Shown here: in pieces, positions 8,515-18,427 of the stretch | Position numbering within the stretch: position 1 is the first letter of the stretch | Layout: each line of letters begins with the position of its first letter | Assembly: GCA_020054235.1 (NCBI GenBank) | Contig: JAGVLQ010000025.1 | Coordinates: forward strand, 922-64,921 | Source: Candidatus Babeliales bacterium | GTDB taxonomy: Bacteria; Babelota; Babeliae; Babelales; JACPOV01 | Direction of reading: 5' to 3' | Length of the DNA: 64,000 bases | The notes under the pieces: model-generated | What the model was told of the DNA's origin: nothing | What the model saw: the letters and a program-made list of their open reading frames with translations, nothing else | Database searches by the model: none | Program-made: the position numbers and the translations under genes

Positions 8515-9879
8515 ATGGCAAAAGTTGTTATCATCGGGGCAGGACTGACCGGACTTTCAGCAGCGTATCACTTAGAAAAGCGCGGTTTTACTGATTATGT
8601 TTTGTTTGAAAAAGAAAAGACCGTAGGAGGTTTATGCCGTTCGGTTGTGCAAGACGGTTTTACCTTTGACTACACCGGCCACCTTTTGCATATTAACGAT
8701 TCGTATTTTCGCTCTTTGATCAATAACCTTGTGGGCATTGAAAATTTTAATGCCATTCACAGAAAATCATTTATCTATTCTCATGAACGCTATACGCGCT
8801 ATCCATATCAAATAAATTTATACGGCCTACCGGAAGCAACGATTGCCGATTGCATAGAAGGTTTTGTTAATAAAAAAACCATTCGCAAAAAAGTACGCTC
8901 GTTTCCTGAATGGGTACAATCGAACTTTGGTGCAGGTTTTGCACGCCACTTTTTTTTACCCTATCAACGAAAGATTTTTGCTTATAATTTACATGACATT
9001 ACTGCTTCTTGGACTGGGCGTTTTGTGCCGCAAACTTCGTTGCGTGAAATGATTGTCGGCGCACTGAAAGATAAAACGGATGATGCTATTGGCTACAATG
9101 CACACTTTTACTACCCAAAACAAGGTGGTATTGAATACTGGATTTTAAAACTTGCGCAAGCCATTGCAAAACCGATTATTACCGAATATTGCGTACAAAG
9201 TATCGATACCAAAAATAAAGTAGTCAAATTTACCAACGGTCATGAAGAACCGTATCACGTACTGATCAACACCATGCCGCTCGATACGTTATTGGGCATG
9301 CTCAAAGAACCAACAACAAGAAATTTTGCGCAGGCCCGCAAAAACTTAAAGTGCAACTCGGTAGTGAACTTTAACCTTGGTGTTGCGCGCCATGATTTGA
9401 GTGAAAAGCATTGGATTTATTTTCCGGAAACAGAATATCCTTTTTACCGCATCGGATTCCCGCATAATTTTGCTGACAGCATGGCACCACAAGGTTGCTC
9501 TTCATTGTATGGTGAATTTGCGCACATCGGTAAATCAAAAGCGTTTGTTCAACGAACGCTTAAACAAGCATTAGCACAAACAAAAAAGATTCTGGGCATA
9601 GCTGAACATGAAATTGTTACGGAAAAAATAATGCACATTTCACATGCCTATGTAATTTACAACTTCTGGCGGGAACAGCATTTACCTAAAGTGCACGCGC
9701 GCTTGCAAGAACATGACATTTATTCTGTCGGGCGTTATGGTGAATGGAAGTATGCAAGCATGCAAGAAGGTGTGCTTGATGGTAAAAAAATTGCTGAACA
9801 AATTACCATATTGCCGGCAAAAACAGCGTATTATCAAGAACAACCAATTATCAAAGAACAACAAAAAGAGGTGGCATAA
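8515..9879 (+). CDS. FAD/NAD(P)-binding oxidoreductase (amine oxidase / UDP-galactopyranose mutase-like superfamily)
   Basis: The ATG at 8515 is preceded by AAAGGAG (8503-8509), so the track start 8464 is an upstream extension. N-terminal dinucleotide-binding motif VVIIGAGLTGLSAAYHLEKRG. Its stop overlaps the next start as TAATG. Confidence 0.7.
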   Translation: MAKVVIIGAGLTGLSAAYHLEKRGFTDYVLFEKEKTVGGLCRSVVQDGFTFDYTGHLLHINDSYFRSLINNLVGIENFNAIHRKSFIYSHERYTRYPYQINLYGLPEATIADCIEGFVNKKTIRKKVRSFPEWVQSNFGAGFARHFFLPYQRKIFAYNLHDITASWTGRFVPQTSLREMIVGALKDKTDDAIGYNAHFYYPKQGGIEYWILKLAQAIAKPIITEYCVQSIDTKNKVVKFTNGHEEPYHVLINTMPLDTLLGMLKEPTTRNFAQARKNLKCNSVVNFNLGVARHDLSEKHWIYFPETEYPFYRIGFPHNFADSMAPQGCSSLYGEFAHIGKSKAFVQRTLKQALAQTKKILGIAEHEIVTEKIMHISHAYVIYNFWREQHLPKVHARLQEHDIYSVGRYGEWKYASMQEGVLDGKKIAEQITILPAKTAYYQEQPIIKEQQKEVA

Positions 9880-10778
9880 TGAATTTTTTTTCTGGATTAA
9901 CTGTTTTAGTAACCGGCGGTGCAGGTTTTATCGGTTCACATATTGTTGAAAAGTTAGTTAATCTTGGAGCACACGTTACCGTGCTTGATAATTTATCAAC
10001 CGGATCACTTGATAATTTACAAAACGTAAAGGGTCACTTTAACTTTATTCACGGTGACATTAATAATTTTGAAGATTGCCGCAAAGCATGTGCGGGGCAA
10101 AAAATAGTTTTCCATCTAGCAGCAAAAATTTCGGTCGCAGAATCGATAAAAAATCCTGCGCCTTGTTACGAGACTAATGTTGTGGGAACATTGCATATGC
10201 TCCAAGCTTGTGTTGCCCAGAACGTACAGCGCTTTGTCTTTTCATCCTCGGCAGCCGTGTACGGTGCGCAAGAAAATCCATGCCATGAAGAAATGGTTTG
10301 CCGACCAGAATCACCCTACGGTACATCAAAATTATTGGGCGAACTTTTATGCAAAGATTTTTATCAACAGCACAACTTAGAAACCGTATGCTTGCGCTAT
10401 TTTAATGTGTATGGCGAGCGCCAAAACCCGAATGGCACTTATGCCGCTGTTGTTGCTGCCTTTAAAAATTGTATGCAAAAACAAAAACCGATTACCATTT
10501 TTGGCGATGGCATGCAAACACGTGATTTTATTTCAGTTGATGAAGTTGCAAATGCAAATATTACCTTAGCAGCCGCACAAAAAAATTTAGTAGCGGGACA
10601 AATTTTTAATATCGGTACCGGTACCAGTATTACGTTGCTTGAACTTATTGAGAAGTTAAAAAAAGATTTTCCTGGTTACCAAGAACCAATAGAATTTTTA
10701 CCGGCGCGAACTGGTGATATTAAACATTCGCAAGCAGTATGTGAGAAATATAAAAATATTGGAAAATTCTTAGAATAA
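9879..10778 (+). CDS. NAD-dependent sugar-nucleotide epimerase/dehydratase (extended SDR)
   Basis: VLVTGGAGFIGSH Rossmann motif and YGTSKLLGE (YxxxK) catalytic motif. Translationally coupled to the upstream oxidoreductase. Confidence 0.85.
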   Translation: MNFFSGLTVLVTGGAGFIGSHIVEKLVNLGAHVTVLDNLSTGSLDNLQNVKGHFNFIHGDINNFEDCRKACAGQKIVFHLAAKISVAESIKNPAPCYETNVVGTLHMLQACVAQNVQRFVFSSSAAVYGAQENPCHEEMVCRPESPYGTSKLLGELLCKDFYQQHNLETVCLRYFNVYGERQNPNGTYAAVVAAFKNCMQKQKPITIFGDGMQTRDFISVDEVANANITLAAAQKNLVAGQIFNIGTGTSITLLELIEKLKKDFPGYQEPIEFLPARTGDIKHSQAVCEKYKNIGKFLE

Positions 10779-11168
10779 AAACATAAACATTGCAACTAAA
10801 GCATTAATCACTGCTCCCCAGGCAATATCAGCAAACACAACCACCGAAGGCCAGTAGGCAAGCGTAGCAAAGTTACTCAAATCATACACGCCGTATACAA
10901 TAAACCCAAAAAGAGCTCCATATAAACCCGCAGAAAATAACGTTGTTGCTTTTGGTAGCACAAAAATATAAAGACCTAGCACAAGCAACAACCAAACCAG
11001 TAATGCTGACGGCCAGTGCGGTGCCATGCCACCATTGGCAGTGCGCAATTGGGTTCCTAGTTTAGCTGCATAAAAATCACGCATCAAAAAACCCAACCAA
11101 AAAAGATCTATGACTATAAATACGACATAACCAAAAGTTATAACTTTGAGCGCTTGCCAAGAAATCAT
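10770..11168 (-). CDS. small integral membrane protein, DUF2177-like
   Basis: 132 aa with about four hydrophobic helices. The N-terminal pattern VIDLFWLGFLMRDFYAAKLG resembles the DUF2177 family as I recall it. Confidence 0.55.
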   Translation of the reverse strand: MISWQALKVITFGYVVFIVIDLFWLGFLMRDFYAAKLGTQLRTANGGMAPHWPSALLVWLLLVLGLYIFVLPKATTLFSAGLYGALFGFIVYGVYDLSNFATLAYWPSVVVFADIAWGAVINALVAMFMFLF

Positions 11169-11275
11169 CTGTTCTCCTTTGCTTTTACGCCTTTTTAAGC
11201 GGCTTTTTTCATGCTATACTAACGTTTATAAACAAAAATCTTATCGAACCTTTAAACAATCTGTAAAGAATCCTT

Positions 11276-12421
11276 ATGACCAAACGAGATTATTATGAAA
11301 TTCTTGGTGTTGCCAAATCCGCAAGCCAAGATGATATCAAAAAAGCATATCGCAAACTAGCACTCAAATACCACCCTGACCGCAACCCGGACAATAAAGA
11401 AGCGGAAGAAAAGTTCAAAGAAGCTGCAGAAGCTTATGAAGTGCTTTCTGACGCGCAAAAACGCAAAAAATATGACCAATATGGGCATTCAGGCCTTGAA
11501 GGCATGGGTGGCTTTTCATCACAAGATGTCAATATGGATGATATCTTTGAACAATTTGGTGATATCTTTTCTTCAATGTTTGGTGGTAGCGCTGGAGGTG
11601 GCCGCGGCAAACGGCGCGGAGCACCAGCAGGCCCAACACCAAAACGCGGGCATGATCTTGCAAAAGATATTTCAATCTCTTTAAAAGATGCCTTTGAAGG
11701 AACCAAACAAGAAATCAGTTACTATCATTTTGTACCGTGTGAAACCTGTAAAGGAAAAGGTTCGGAAGAAGGCACCGTACATCAAGCCTGTCAAACCTGC
11801 CATGGTAGCGGCCAACAAACATTCCAACAAGGATTTTTTGCGTTCAGCCAAACCTGCAGCTCTTGTATGGGCGAAGGCTTTATTATCACCTCCCCCTGCA
11901 AAACCTGTGGCGGTCAAACACGTATTCAAAAATTAGAAAAAATTACCGCAACCATTCCGCGTGGTATTTTTGATGGTGCTGAGCTGCGAATAGGTGGTAA
12001 AGGTGATGCTGGGGTTTTTGGTGGTTCGGCTGGCGATCTTTATTTACGCGTACATGTTATGCCAGACAAAAAATTCACCCGCATTGGTGATAACCTTGAA
12101 TGCAATATTCTACTTACCTATCCTCAACTGGTATTTGGTGCGCAAGTAGAAATAGAAAGCATTGATGGCAGTAAAGAAACAATAAAAATTCCAAAAGGCT
12201 GCCCAGTCGGTGAACGCATTGTGCTTGCTAAAAAAGGTTTTTACCGTGTACATAGCAACTTCCGTGGTGATTTAGTAGTGATCACGCAATGCCATATTCC
12301 TAAAAAATTATCCTCTGAAGCGCAAGATCTTTTGAAAAAATATTCAGAAGATATCGGCACTTCAACTGAAAATCATGATGAAGGTACGATTAAAGGATTT
12401 TTTAAAAAGTTTTTGGGATAA
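11276..12421 (+). CDS. dnaJ: molecular chaperone DnaJ
   Basis: J-domain with the HPD motif (KYHPDRNP). Gly-rich region. Four CxxCxGxG zinc-finger repeats ([32 protein letters not shown]). Typical C-terminal domains. Confidence 0.97.
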   Translation: MTKRDYYEILGVAKSASQDDIKKAYRKLALKYHPDRNPDNKEAEEKFKEAAEAYEVLSDAQKRKKYDQYGHSGLEGMGGFSSQDVNMDDIFEQFGDIFSSMFGGSAGGGRGKRRGAPAGPTPKRGHDLAKDISISLKDAFEGTKQEISYYHFVPCETCKGKGSEEGTVHQACQTCHGSGQQTFQQGFFAFSQTCSSCMGEGFIITSPCKTCGGQTRIQKLEKITATIPRGIFDGAELRIGGKGDAGVFGGSAGDLYLRVHVMPDKKFTRIGDNLECNILLTYPQLVFGAQVEIESIDGSKETIKIPKGCPVGERIVLAKKGFYRVHSNFRGDLVVITQCHIPKKLSSEAQDLLKKYSEDIGTSTENHDEGTIKGFFKKFLG

Positions 12422-12433
12422 CATATCAAAAAA

Positions 12434-12463
12434 AGCCACGATTTTTTTTTCGTGGCTTTTTTT
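12434..12463 (+). terminator. rho-independent terminator after dnaJ
   Basis: Stem agccacg / cgtggct with a T-rich loop, followed by a T-run, directly after the dnaJ stop. Confidence 0.7.
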
Positions 12464-12490
12464 AGCAATTCAAAGCAAAAAGGAGTTTTT

Positions 12491-13420
12491 ATGATATTGA
12501 AGTATTCAAAATTATTATTCCTAACAACAATTATCACTGCATCAAATTACTGTTTTTGTAAAAACAACTTCCAAACTATTAATCAAATACGTTTAATCAT
12601 AAGCAAAAATGGCAACCCTTCTCAGGCGCTTAAAGAGTTGCTAGAAAAATGTGGTATTGCCCATGACAACACTTTAAAAACTATTGTAGAACAAACACAA
12701 AAAGAATTTTTACGCCCTGCCAATAAGGAGCGTTGGGAAGTTGGGTATGAAACAAAAATGAATCCTGAAACCGCAATGACCCTTTTTGATCAACTTGGGT
12801 TAATTAAAGAAGTTAAACCATCCGCGCAACAATACAATTATGCTTTTGTAATGGGCGCACTTGCACCACGGGTACGATTACGTCTCAATTATTTAGTTGA
12901 ACTTTTCAAGCAAGGCATTCAGGTTGAAAAAATTATTTTTCTTGGTGGCGCGCGTCCTTTAGAACGTGAATTAGAATCAGAAACTATTTTATGTAATCCT
13001 GATATTACCCAATTTCCAATAAATCCTGCATGGCATAAACCAAAAAAACTACCAAAAACTGAAATAGAAATGATGCACATGATTTATGAACAAATGGATT
13101 TGCCTTTAGAATTTCGAGCAATTCCTGTAGAATTCATTGATACACCAATGCAGCAGAATACAGACGGAACCATCCGACGACCTTCCACAAATGATATTAT
13201 TAAGCAGTGGTTGAAAACAAAGCCGGAATATGGATCAATTTTGCTTGTTTCAAATCAGCCTTATGTCGGCTTTCAGGATGCAACGGCCCGTTCACTCCTT
13301 TCCAAAAATTTTTCTATCGATTCGGTTGGTAGTAAAAGTACCGAACAAAAACAAAATATATATTTAGACAGCATTGCTCGTTGGTTATATCAAGAGCACA
13401 TTGCAGCAAATGCTGGTTAA
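12491..13420 (+). CDS. hypothetical secreted protein, tandem paralogue A (possible DUF218/YdcF-like fold)
   Basis: The ATG at 12491 follows AAAGGAG. The track start 12452 lies inside the dnaJ terminator. Signal-like N-terminus. Shares WLRP.NKER, NQP(Y/F)VG(F/Y)QDA and LD(S/T)(I/L)ARWLY(Q/E) with the next gene. Confidence 0.7.
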   Translation: MILKYSKLLFLTTIITASNYCFCKNNFQTINQIRLIISKNGNPSQALKELLEKCGIAHDNTLKTIVEQTQKEFLRPANKERWEVGYETKMNPETAMTLFDQLGLIKEVKPSAQQYNYAFVMGALAPRVRLRLNYLVELFKQGIQVEKIIFLGGARPLERELESETILCNPDITQFPINPAWHKPKKLPKTEIEMMHMIYEQMDLPLEFRAIPVEFIDTPMQQNTDGTIRRPSTNDIIKQWLKTKPEYGSILLVSNQPYVGFQDATARSLLSKNFSIDSVGSKSTEQKQNIYLDSIARWLYQEHIAANAG

Positions 13421-13481
13421 TTCAAGCAATATTTTTATATACTAAAATTATTTGAGTAGTTCCAAAAAAAGGAGTTGCAGG

Positions 13482-14354
13482 ATGGGAAAGACTCAGATGT
13501 CTTGGGTATCTTTAATTATATGTCTTTGTTTTACTCTCTTAAGTTCTGAACATAAAGAACTTACAATACAAAATGTACGCACTGCTGTTATTGATAACCA
13601 AAAAAAACCATCAAAATCATTACAGCACCTTTTAAAAGAGTTAAATATTATCCATAATGATACGCTGACAGGAATAATTTTTGAAACTCAAAAAAAATGG
13701 TTACGGCCAAAAAATAAAGAACGCGGACAACTAAAAGATACGTTATTTACAAAAAAAGAATTTTGTATGCCGCTCTTTAAAAATATGGGCATGCTCGATC
13801 AAGTTCATCCTTCATTTACTGAATATGATTATGCACTCATTTTAGGGGTTGAAGTTCCATTATGGGCATACCAGCGAATATTTTTTTGTAAGCAGTTACT
13901 TGATCAAGGAAAAATTAATGTTAAACACTTGGTTATTCTTGCTTGCCAAAGACGTGTAGACCTCATATTTCCTGAATTGAAAACAGAAACTAATTTAATG
14001 AAATTCCTTTTGGAAAGAACGGGTTTACAAGAAAAAACAAAGAGCCTTCCAACGACGTTTATTAATTTACCCATGAAAAAAGAAAAAGAAAATCAAGAAA
14101 TACCACCAAGTACCCGCGACACCGTTCAACAATGGCTTGAGCAAAAGCCTAAGCCAGGAAAATGCCTTATTTTTTCCAATCAACCTTTTGTTGGCTACCA
14201 AGATGCGGTTTTGCAAGAAACTTTACCGGAAGGTTTTACCGTTGATACGGTTGGCTTAGCTCCTAAAGAAGGCGTTAATGGTTCACTCTACCTTGATACA
14301 CTTGCGCGTTGGTTATATGAAAAACAATTCGGTAACATTTCATCGAATTACTAG
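13482..14354 (+). CDS. hypothetical secreted protein, tandem paralogue B
   Basis: The ATG at 13482 follows GGAG (13471-13474). Signal-like N-terminus. Collinear similarity to 12491..13420. Confidence 0.7.
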   Translation: MGKTQMSWVSLIICLCFTLLSSEHKELTIQNVRTAVIDNQKKPSKSLQHLLKELNIIHNDTLTGIIFETQKKWLRPKNKERGQLKDTLFTKKEFCMPLFKNMGMLDQVHPSFTEYDYALILGVEVPLWAYQRIFFCKQLLDQGKINVKHLVILACQRRVDLIFPELKTETNLMKFLLERTGLQEKTKSLPTTFINLPMKKEKENQEIPPSTRDTVQQWLEQKPKPGKCLIFSNQPFVGYQDAVLQETLPEGFTVDTVGLAPKEGVNGSLYLDTLARWLYEKQFGNISSNY

Positions 14355-15628
14355 TTATAGGTCAACGCTAGATAAGGGGAATTTTTAGATTGATTCATTT
14401 GATCATTGAATTGATTTCCAAAATTTACTAAATTTTGAATCTGAGTAAAATTTTGCATTCCTTGTTTATCTTGTTTCTTTTTTCCTTTTATTTGGAGAAA
14501 ATCAGGCAACGGTCGGCTTGGGCCAACTGGATAAGTCAATTCTTGCAGCAAGGTTGGCCAATCTTCTGGATTACCACCATTCATCAAGAATACCATTTTG
14601 CACATTTTGAGCTTGGTATCCTGCTGCACATAGCTTACATTTTGCAATTGATTCCCAAGCTTCTTTAATTTGTTTTCTTGATTATCAAAAGAAGTAATAA
14701 AAAAACCTAGTTGCTGAGCAATTTCTTTTTTTAATTGTTCTTTTTGTTCATTATCAAGTTTTTGATTATTCTGTAAATCTTGAAGTTTTTTTTGTAACGC
14801 GAGCAATTGTTGTTCTGTATTTTCAAATGGGTCATTTAATTGTAATAAAATTTGTTGTATTGGTTGTAAATTTTGCATTTGATTTTGGCATGCACTTATC
14901 TGTTGTTCTGAAAATTGAGATAGATCTTGACTAAATTGATTGCTTTGTTCAGACAAAGTATGTTGTACCTTCTCAAAACCTACATTTGATGTTTGCAATA
15001 ACTCAGCAAATTGCTTTCCAAGTTGAACTATTCCTGATAAATTTTTAGAACTTTTCATCAAACCAAGAAACTCAAAATAATTGGTTTGCAACAAACTATT
15101 ACAGGTATCTACTACGTCATTCAATTCTAATTTTCTTAAATTGAGCTTATTAAGATGATCTTTCTGAATTTGATCTTGATTCTGATCAAATATATTTAGG
15201 CAATTTTCTATTTTACCTGTTTTTTGTTCAACATTTTGCAAATGATTTTGCACCTTACGTGCGTCATCGTTAAATTTTTTCTTTTCTTGCTCTAGCGCTT
15301 GCGCAGTAACACTTAAAAAACTGTCATACCATTGCTTGAGATCATGCTTGGTTAAAAATCCAAGATATTTGATGCTCGCTATAAAACCAACAAACGTTCC
15401 CAAGCCTAGTGCAGTTCCCCAAAAAACATCTTTATTAAAAATTAAGGCTAATGGATTGAAAGATTTACTCTGTCTAATTTCTTCTTTGACAGATTCTTTT
15501 ACTAATTTTTTAAGCAAAATAGGATCCAACAAAAGATTTCCCGACACCGGACTTTCCATAGAAAATAGTGAAAATTGGAAAACTGAAAAAATACCTGCAA
15601 GTAAAAGTACGCGTTTGTTATTTTTCAT
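14351..15628 (-). CDS. membrane-anchored Gln/Asn/Lys-rich coiled-coil protein
   Basis: Signal-like N-terminus, one further hydrophobic helix (ALGLGTFVGFIASIKYLGF), then about 300 aa of heptad-like Q/N/K/L-rich sequence. Confidence 0.65.
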   Translation of the reverse strand: MKNNKRVLLLAGIFSVFQFSLFSMESPVSGNLLLDPILLKKLVKESVKEEIRQSKSFNPLALIFNKDVFWGTALGLGTFVGFIASIKYLGFLTKHDLKQWYDSFLSVTAQALEQEKKKFNDDARKVQNHLQNVEQKTGKIENCLNIFDQNQDQIQKDHLNKLNLRKLELNDVVDTCNSLLQTNYFEFLGLMKSSKNLSGIVQLGKQFAELLQTSNVGFEKVQHTLSEQSNQFSQDLSQFSEQQISACQNQMQNLQPIQQILLQLNDPFENTEQQLLALQKKLQDLQNNQKLDNEQKEQLKKEIAQQLGFFITSFDNQENKLKKLGNQLQNVSYVQQDTKLKMCKMVFLMNGGNPEDWPTLLQELTYPVGPSRPLPDFLQIKGKKKQDKQGMQNFTQIQNLVNFGNQFNDQMNQSKNSPYLALTYN

Positions 15629-15636
15629 AGAATTCT

Positions 15637-16683
15637 CTAATCAATCTGCTCAACAAATAATAATTTTTTCTCACTAGTAATTGTTCTTACTTGATTAAAA
15701 AATTTATTATTTTTTAAATTCACCATAAAGTTCATTCCCTCATTTATTTTGTGAGCATTCTGGTTAAGAGAATTCACCTTTGGCAATAATTTATTTTTCA
15801 CAAATTTGTTGTTTTTCTTATTTTTTTTCGTAAGTTTGTCCAATACCAATTGCAATGTTTTTAAGTCTTGATTAAATGTATTACTACGTTCATCCTGCGA
15901 TTGAGCAAATTGATTAAATAACCTAGAAAATTGTTCGATAACTTGCTGTTGTTCGAATTGTTTTTTTAATGCATCCTGCGCGCCAATTTGCAATTGCCGA
16001 ATCTGTTCTTTAACCTTTTTTTGCTCGCGCTGCAGTTTTTCTTGAGCCTCATTTAACTGTTGCAATTCCTTTTGATAGTTTTTTTGTATTTGGTCAGAAA
16101 GTTTGAAAAAGTTTTGATTAAAATGCTTTACAAGATCGTCTTCGTGTTTTTGAATATTTTCTAGTTGTTGGGCAATGTTGCTTTGATATTTCTTAAATTC
16201 TTCGAGCATAGATTGATAGTGCTCAGAAATGCTCTTTTTTAATTGAGCTTCAACAATTTTTATATTTTTACCAAGGCCACTGATAGCTTGACCAACCTCT
16301 TCATCTTGCTTGCTTCTTTTTTGAACCATGTTTTTAAAATTTTGGTCAAAATTGTTCACCTGGTTTTCAAGCTTTTTTCCTTGTTCTTCTAATGTTTCCA
16401 TTCCCTTTTTACGTATTTCTCTTAATTGCTCAAATTGAGTTTTTTGAGATTTCTCTATTTCGTCGGTAAAATTTTGAAACTCTTTTTTTGAAACAGGCCA
16501 CGCACGGTCCCGTAACCATTCGGGTGAAAAAAAGAATAAAATACCCAAGACTGAAGCACATGATAATTTAAAACTTGAAAGCCCCATAAAAAAAGAAAAA
16601 AAATCCAGAACATGCGCTTTCAAAGAAGAAGTAAACGCAAATAAAATAATGCACATTAGTTTTTTCAGATCGAAAATTTTCAT
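15637..16683 (-). CDS. membrane-anchored Gln/Glu/Lys-rich coiled-coil protein
   Basis: Same architecture as the downstream gene: signal-like N-terminus, hydrophobic segment, long coiled-coil-like tail. Confidence 0.65.
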   Translation of the reverse strand: MKIFDLKKLMCIILFAFTSSLKAHVLDFFSFFMGLSSFKLSCASVLGILFFFSPEWLRDRAWPVSKKEFQNFTDEIEKSQKTQFEQLREIRKKGMETLEEQGKKLENQVNNFDQNFKNMVQKRSKQDEEVGQAISGLGKNIKIVEAQLKKSISEHYQSMLEEFKKYQSNIAQQLENIQKHEDDLVKHFNQNFFKLSDQIQKNYQKELQQLNEAQEKLQREQKKVKEQIRQLQIGAQDALKKQFEQQQVIEQFSRLFNQFAQSQDERSNTFNQDLKTLQLVLDKLTKKNKKNNKFVKNKLLPKVNSLNQNAHKINEGMNFMVNLKNNKFFNQVRTITSEKKLLFVEQID

Positions 16684-16785
16684 GCAAAAACCTTTTAATC
16701 AAAACAAAAACAAGTAATTAGAAATTTTCAAAGATGTTAACAATGATGCCATATTTGTAAGTATAGTCAACCGGACAAATAGCCC

Positions 16786-17904
16786 TTAGACCCCAATTCT
16801 TATTTTTTTTTGGACTTTTTGCGACATGGCAATTTTTTTATTCTGTTGCATGCTCATTTTATGCATAAGATGATAAAAAAATTCACGGTCAGGGCCTTTG
16901 ACAACCGCTTGTTCATGCGCTTCGGCAATAGCAATTGGATAACCATAGCCTTTTTGCACTTGATTGGCAATTATTGCAGCAACGTTATCAACCAAATGCT
17001 GGTCATATGCAATCCAGGCAGGAATTTCTATGCGAGCAATTTCATTACCAAAATCTGCATAAAAAAAATGAGGACGAGAATGTTTTGGATAGTAGGCCGT
17101 TACGGGACTTTGGTTTTCAAAAACAATAGAGCGTGAAAATGGTTTTAAAAAAAAGCGTGCAATGGAAGCATCGACAAGATGATCAAGTTTATTATAATCT
17201 TCACATTGCGAAACATTAAAATTACATAATTGCAAGCGCAATAAATTCACTAACTCTTTGCTTTTGGGCAAACTAATGTAGCCAGCATATAAAATATTTT
17301 CTTGGTAAAACTGATCAAGTGATTGCAAGTAGCGACATAAAAAGTAATCTTTTACTTCAACTTCTTTTGCTTGCAAATGCCAAAAAATCAGCGAGCCATC
17401 GAATAACAATACAAAAGGAATAGTTGGTTGCTGTGCAATAATTTTTTTGCTTAATTCTAAACCTAGATCGAGTTCAAGTTCTTGACGCCTACAATTAACT
17501 AAATCAGTCGTTAAATCAAAGTCATGTTCATCAGGATATACAAAGGGCTGTGTTGAAAGCTGCGCTCCTTTGCCTGACACGCCATAAGAAAGGTCAACCA
17601 TGCCAATGTTCACTAAAAAGCATGCTGTGCCCTGATGGCGGTCTGGATAAATTTGTGAACCATCAACGGAAGCAACCGTATATGGTTTTTCAAACGGTTG
17701 CAAGGAATAAATCTTGTCCAAGGTTTCTTGCCAAGCAGGAACTAAAAGTTGTGTAGACGCTGCTTTTATTTTCTGATCAAAATACTGATCTGCTACAATT
17801 TGTTGCCAAAGCATTTTAGCAAGAGAAAGTTCATCAGAAAGGTCGACAAAAAGTTTTTCACTGACTTGATTTATTGCTTGGAAAAGTTTGGTACGATCAA
17901 GCAT
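16786..17904 (-). CDS. NurA-domain nuclease-like protein
   Basis: VASVDGSQIYPDRHQG (the DGS motif of NurA-type nucleases) and the C-terminal GYGYPIAIAEAHEQAVV block, as I recall for bacterial NurA-domain proteins. Its start overlaps the sufU stop by 8 nt. Confidence 0.5.
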   Translation of the reverse strand: MLDRTKLFQAINQVSEKLFVDLSDELSLAKMLWQQIVADQYFDQKIKAASTQLLVPAWQETLDKIYSLQPFEKPYTVASVDGSQIYPDRHQGTACFLVNIGMVDLSYGVSGKGAQLSTQPFVYPDEHDFDLTTDLVNCRRQELELDLGLELSKKIIAQQPTIPFVLLFDGSLIFWHLQAKEVEVKDYFLCRYLQSLDQFYQENILYAGYISLPKSKELVNLLRLQLCNFNVSQCEDYNKLDHLVDASIARFFLKPFSRSIVFENQSPVTAYYPKHSRPHFFYADFGNEIARIEIPAWIAYDQHLVDNVAAIIANQVQKGYGYPIAIAEAHEQAVVKGPDREFFYHLMHKMSMQQNKKIAMSQKVQKKIRIGV

Positions 17905-18283
17905 TGGAGCCTTTTTTTTGATACTTTTTTATACCTTCTTGCAAAGCTTCTAACGGCAAAAGCGCACACTTTAACCGTGTTGGCCCTAAATCTATACCAA
18001 CAAGTTCAAGCATAGCAGCTTCATCAAGATTCAAAAGTTCAACCATTGTTTTGCCTTTTGCTAGCTCAGTCAATAAAGAAGCGGTAGCTTGGCTGATCAC
18101 GCACCCTTTGCCCTCAAAGAAAATTTCTTTAATTCTATCATTCTGCAGCTTAGCATCAAGAGCTATGCTATCGCCACAAGAAGGATTAAATTGACCCGAA
18201 GAAAAATCTGGATTTTCCAATCGTCCCCTGTTACGCGGGTGGCGGTAGTGGTCCATGAGCCGTTCACGATATAAATTTATCAT
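17897..18283 (-). CDS. sufU: SUF Fe-S cluster assembly scaffold/sulfur-transfer protein SufU (IscU/NifU-like)
   Basis: YRHPRNRG, NPSCGD, GKGCVISQAS-like and RLKCALLP motifs, giving the three conserved Cys. Confidence 0.9.
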   Translation of the reverse strand: MINLYRERLMDHYRHPRNRGRLENPDFSSGQFNPSCGDSIALDAKLQNDRIKEIFFEGKGCVISQATASLLTELAKGKTMVELLNLDEAAMLELVGIDLGPTRLKCALLPLEALQEGIKKYQKKGSNA

Positions 18284-18427
18284 ACTTAATTCCTAATTTT
18301 TTCCATAAAGACTTTCAGCAAACAATTTTCAATAAAATTAAAAAAAACTCTACCAAAAAACTTGTTACAAATATTATAATCAAATTGTAATAAAATTTAA
18401 AGAACAATTTTGTTTCGGAGAAAGTTC

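Noticed and set aside
11434-11936. Four ORFs of 82-90 aa overlapping dnaJ on both strands (11434..11706, 11436..11684, 11681..11929, 11688..11936).
   Set aside because: They lie entirely inside the unambiguous dnaJ frame. They have no start context and show Pro/Ala/Arg-rich compositions typical of off-frame translation of a Gly/Cys-rich gene.
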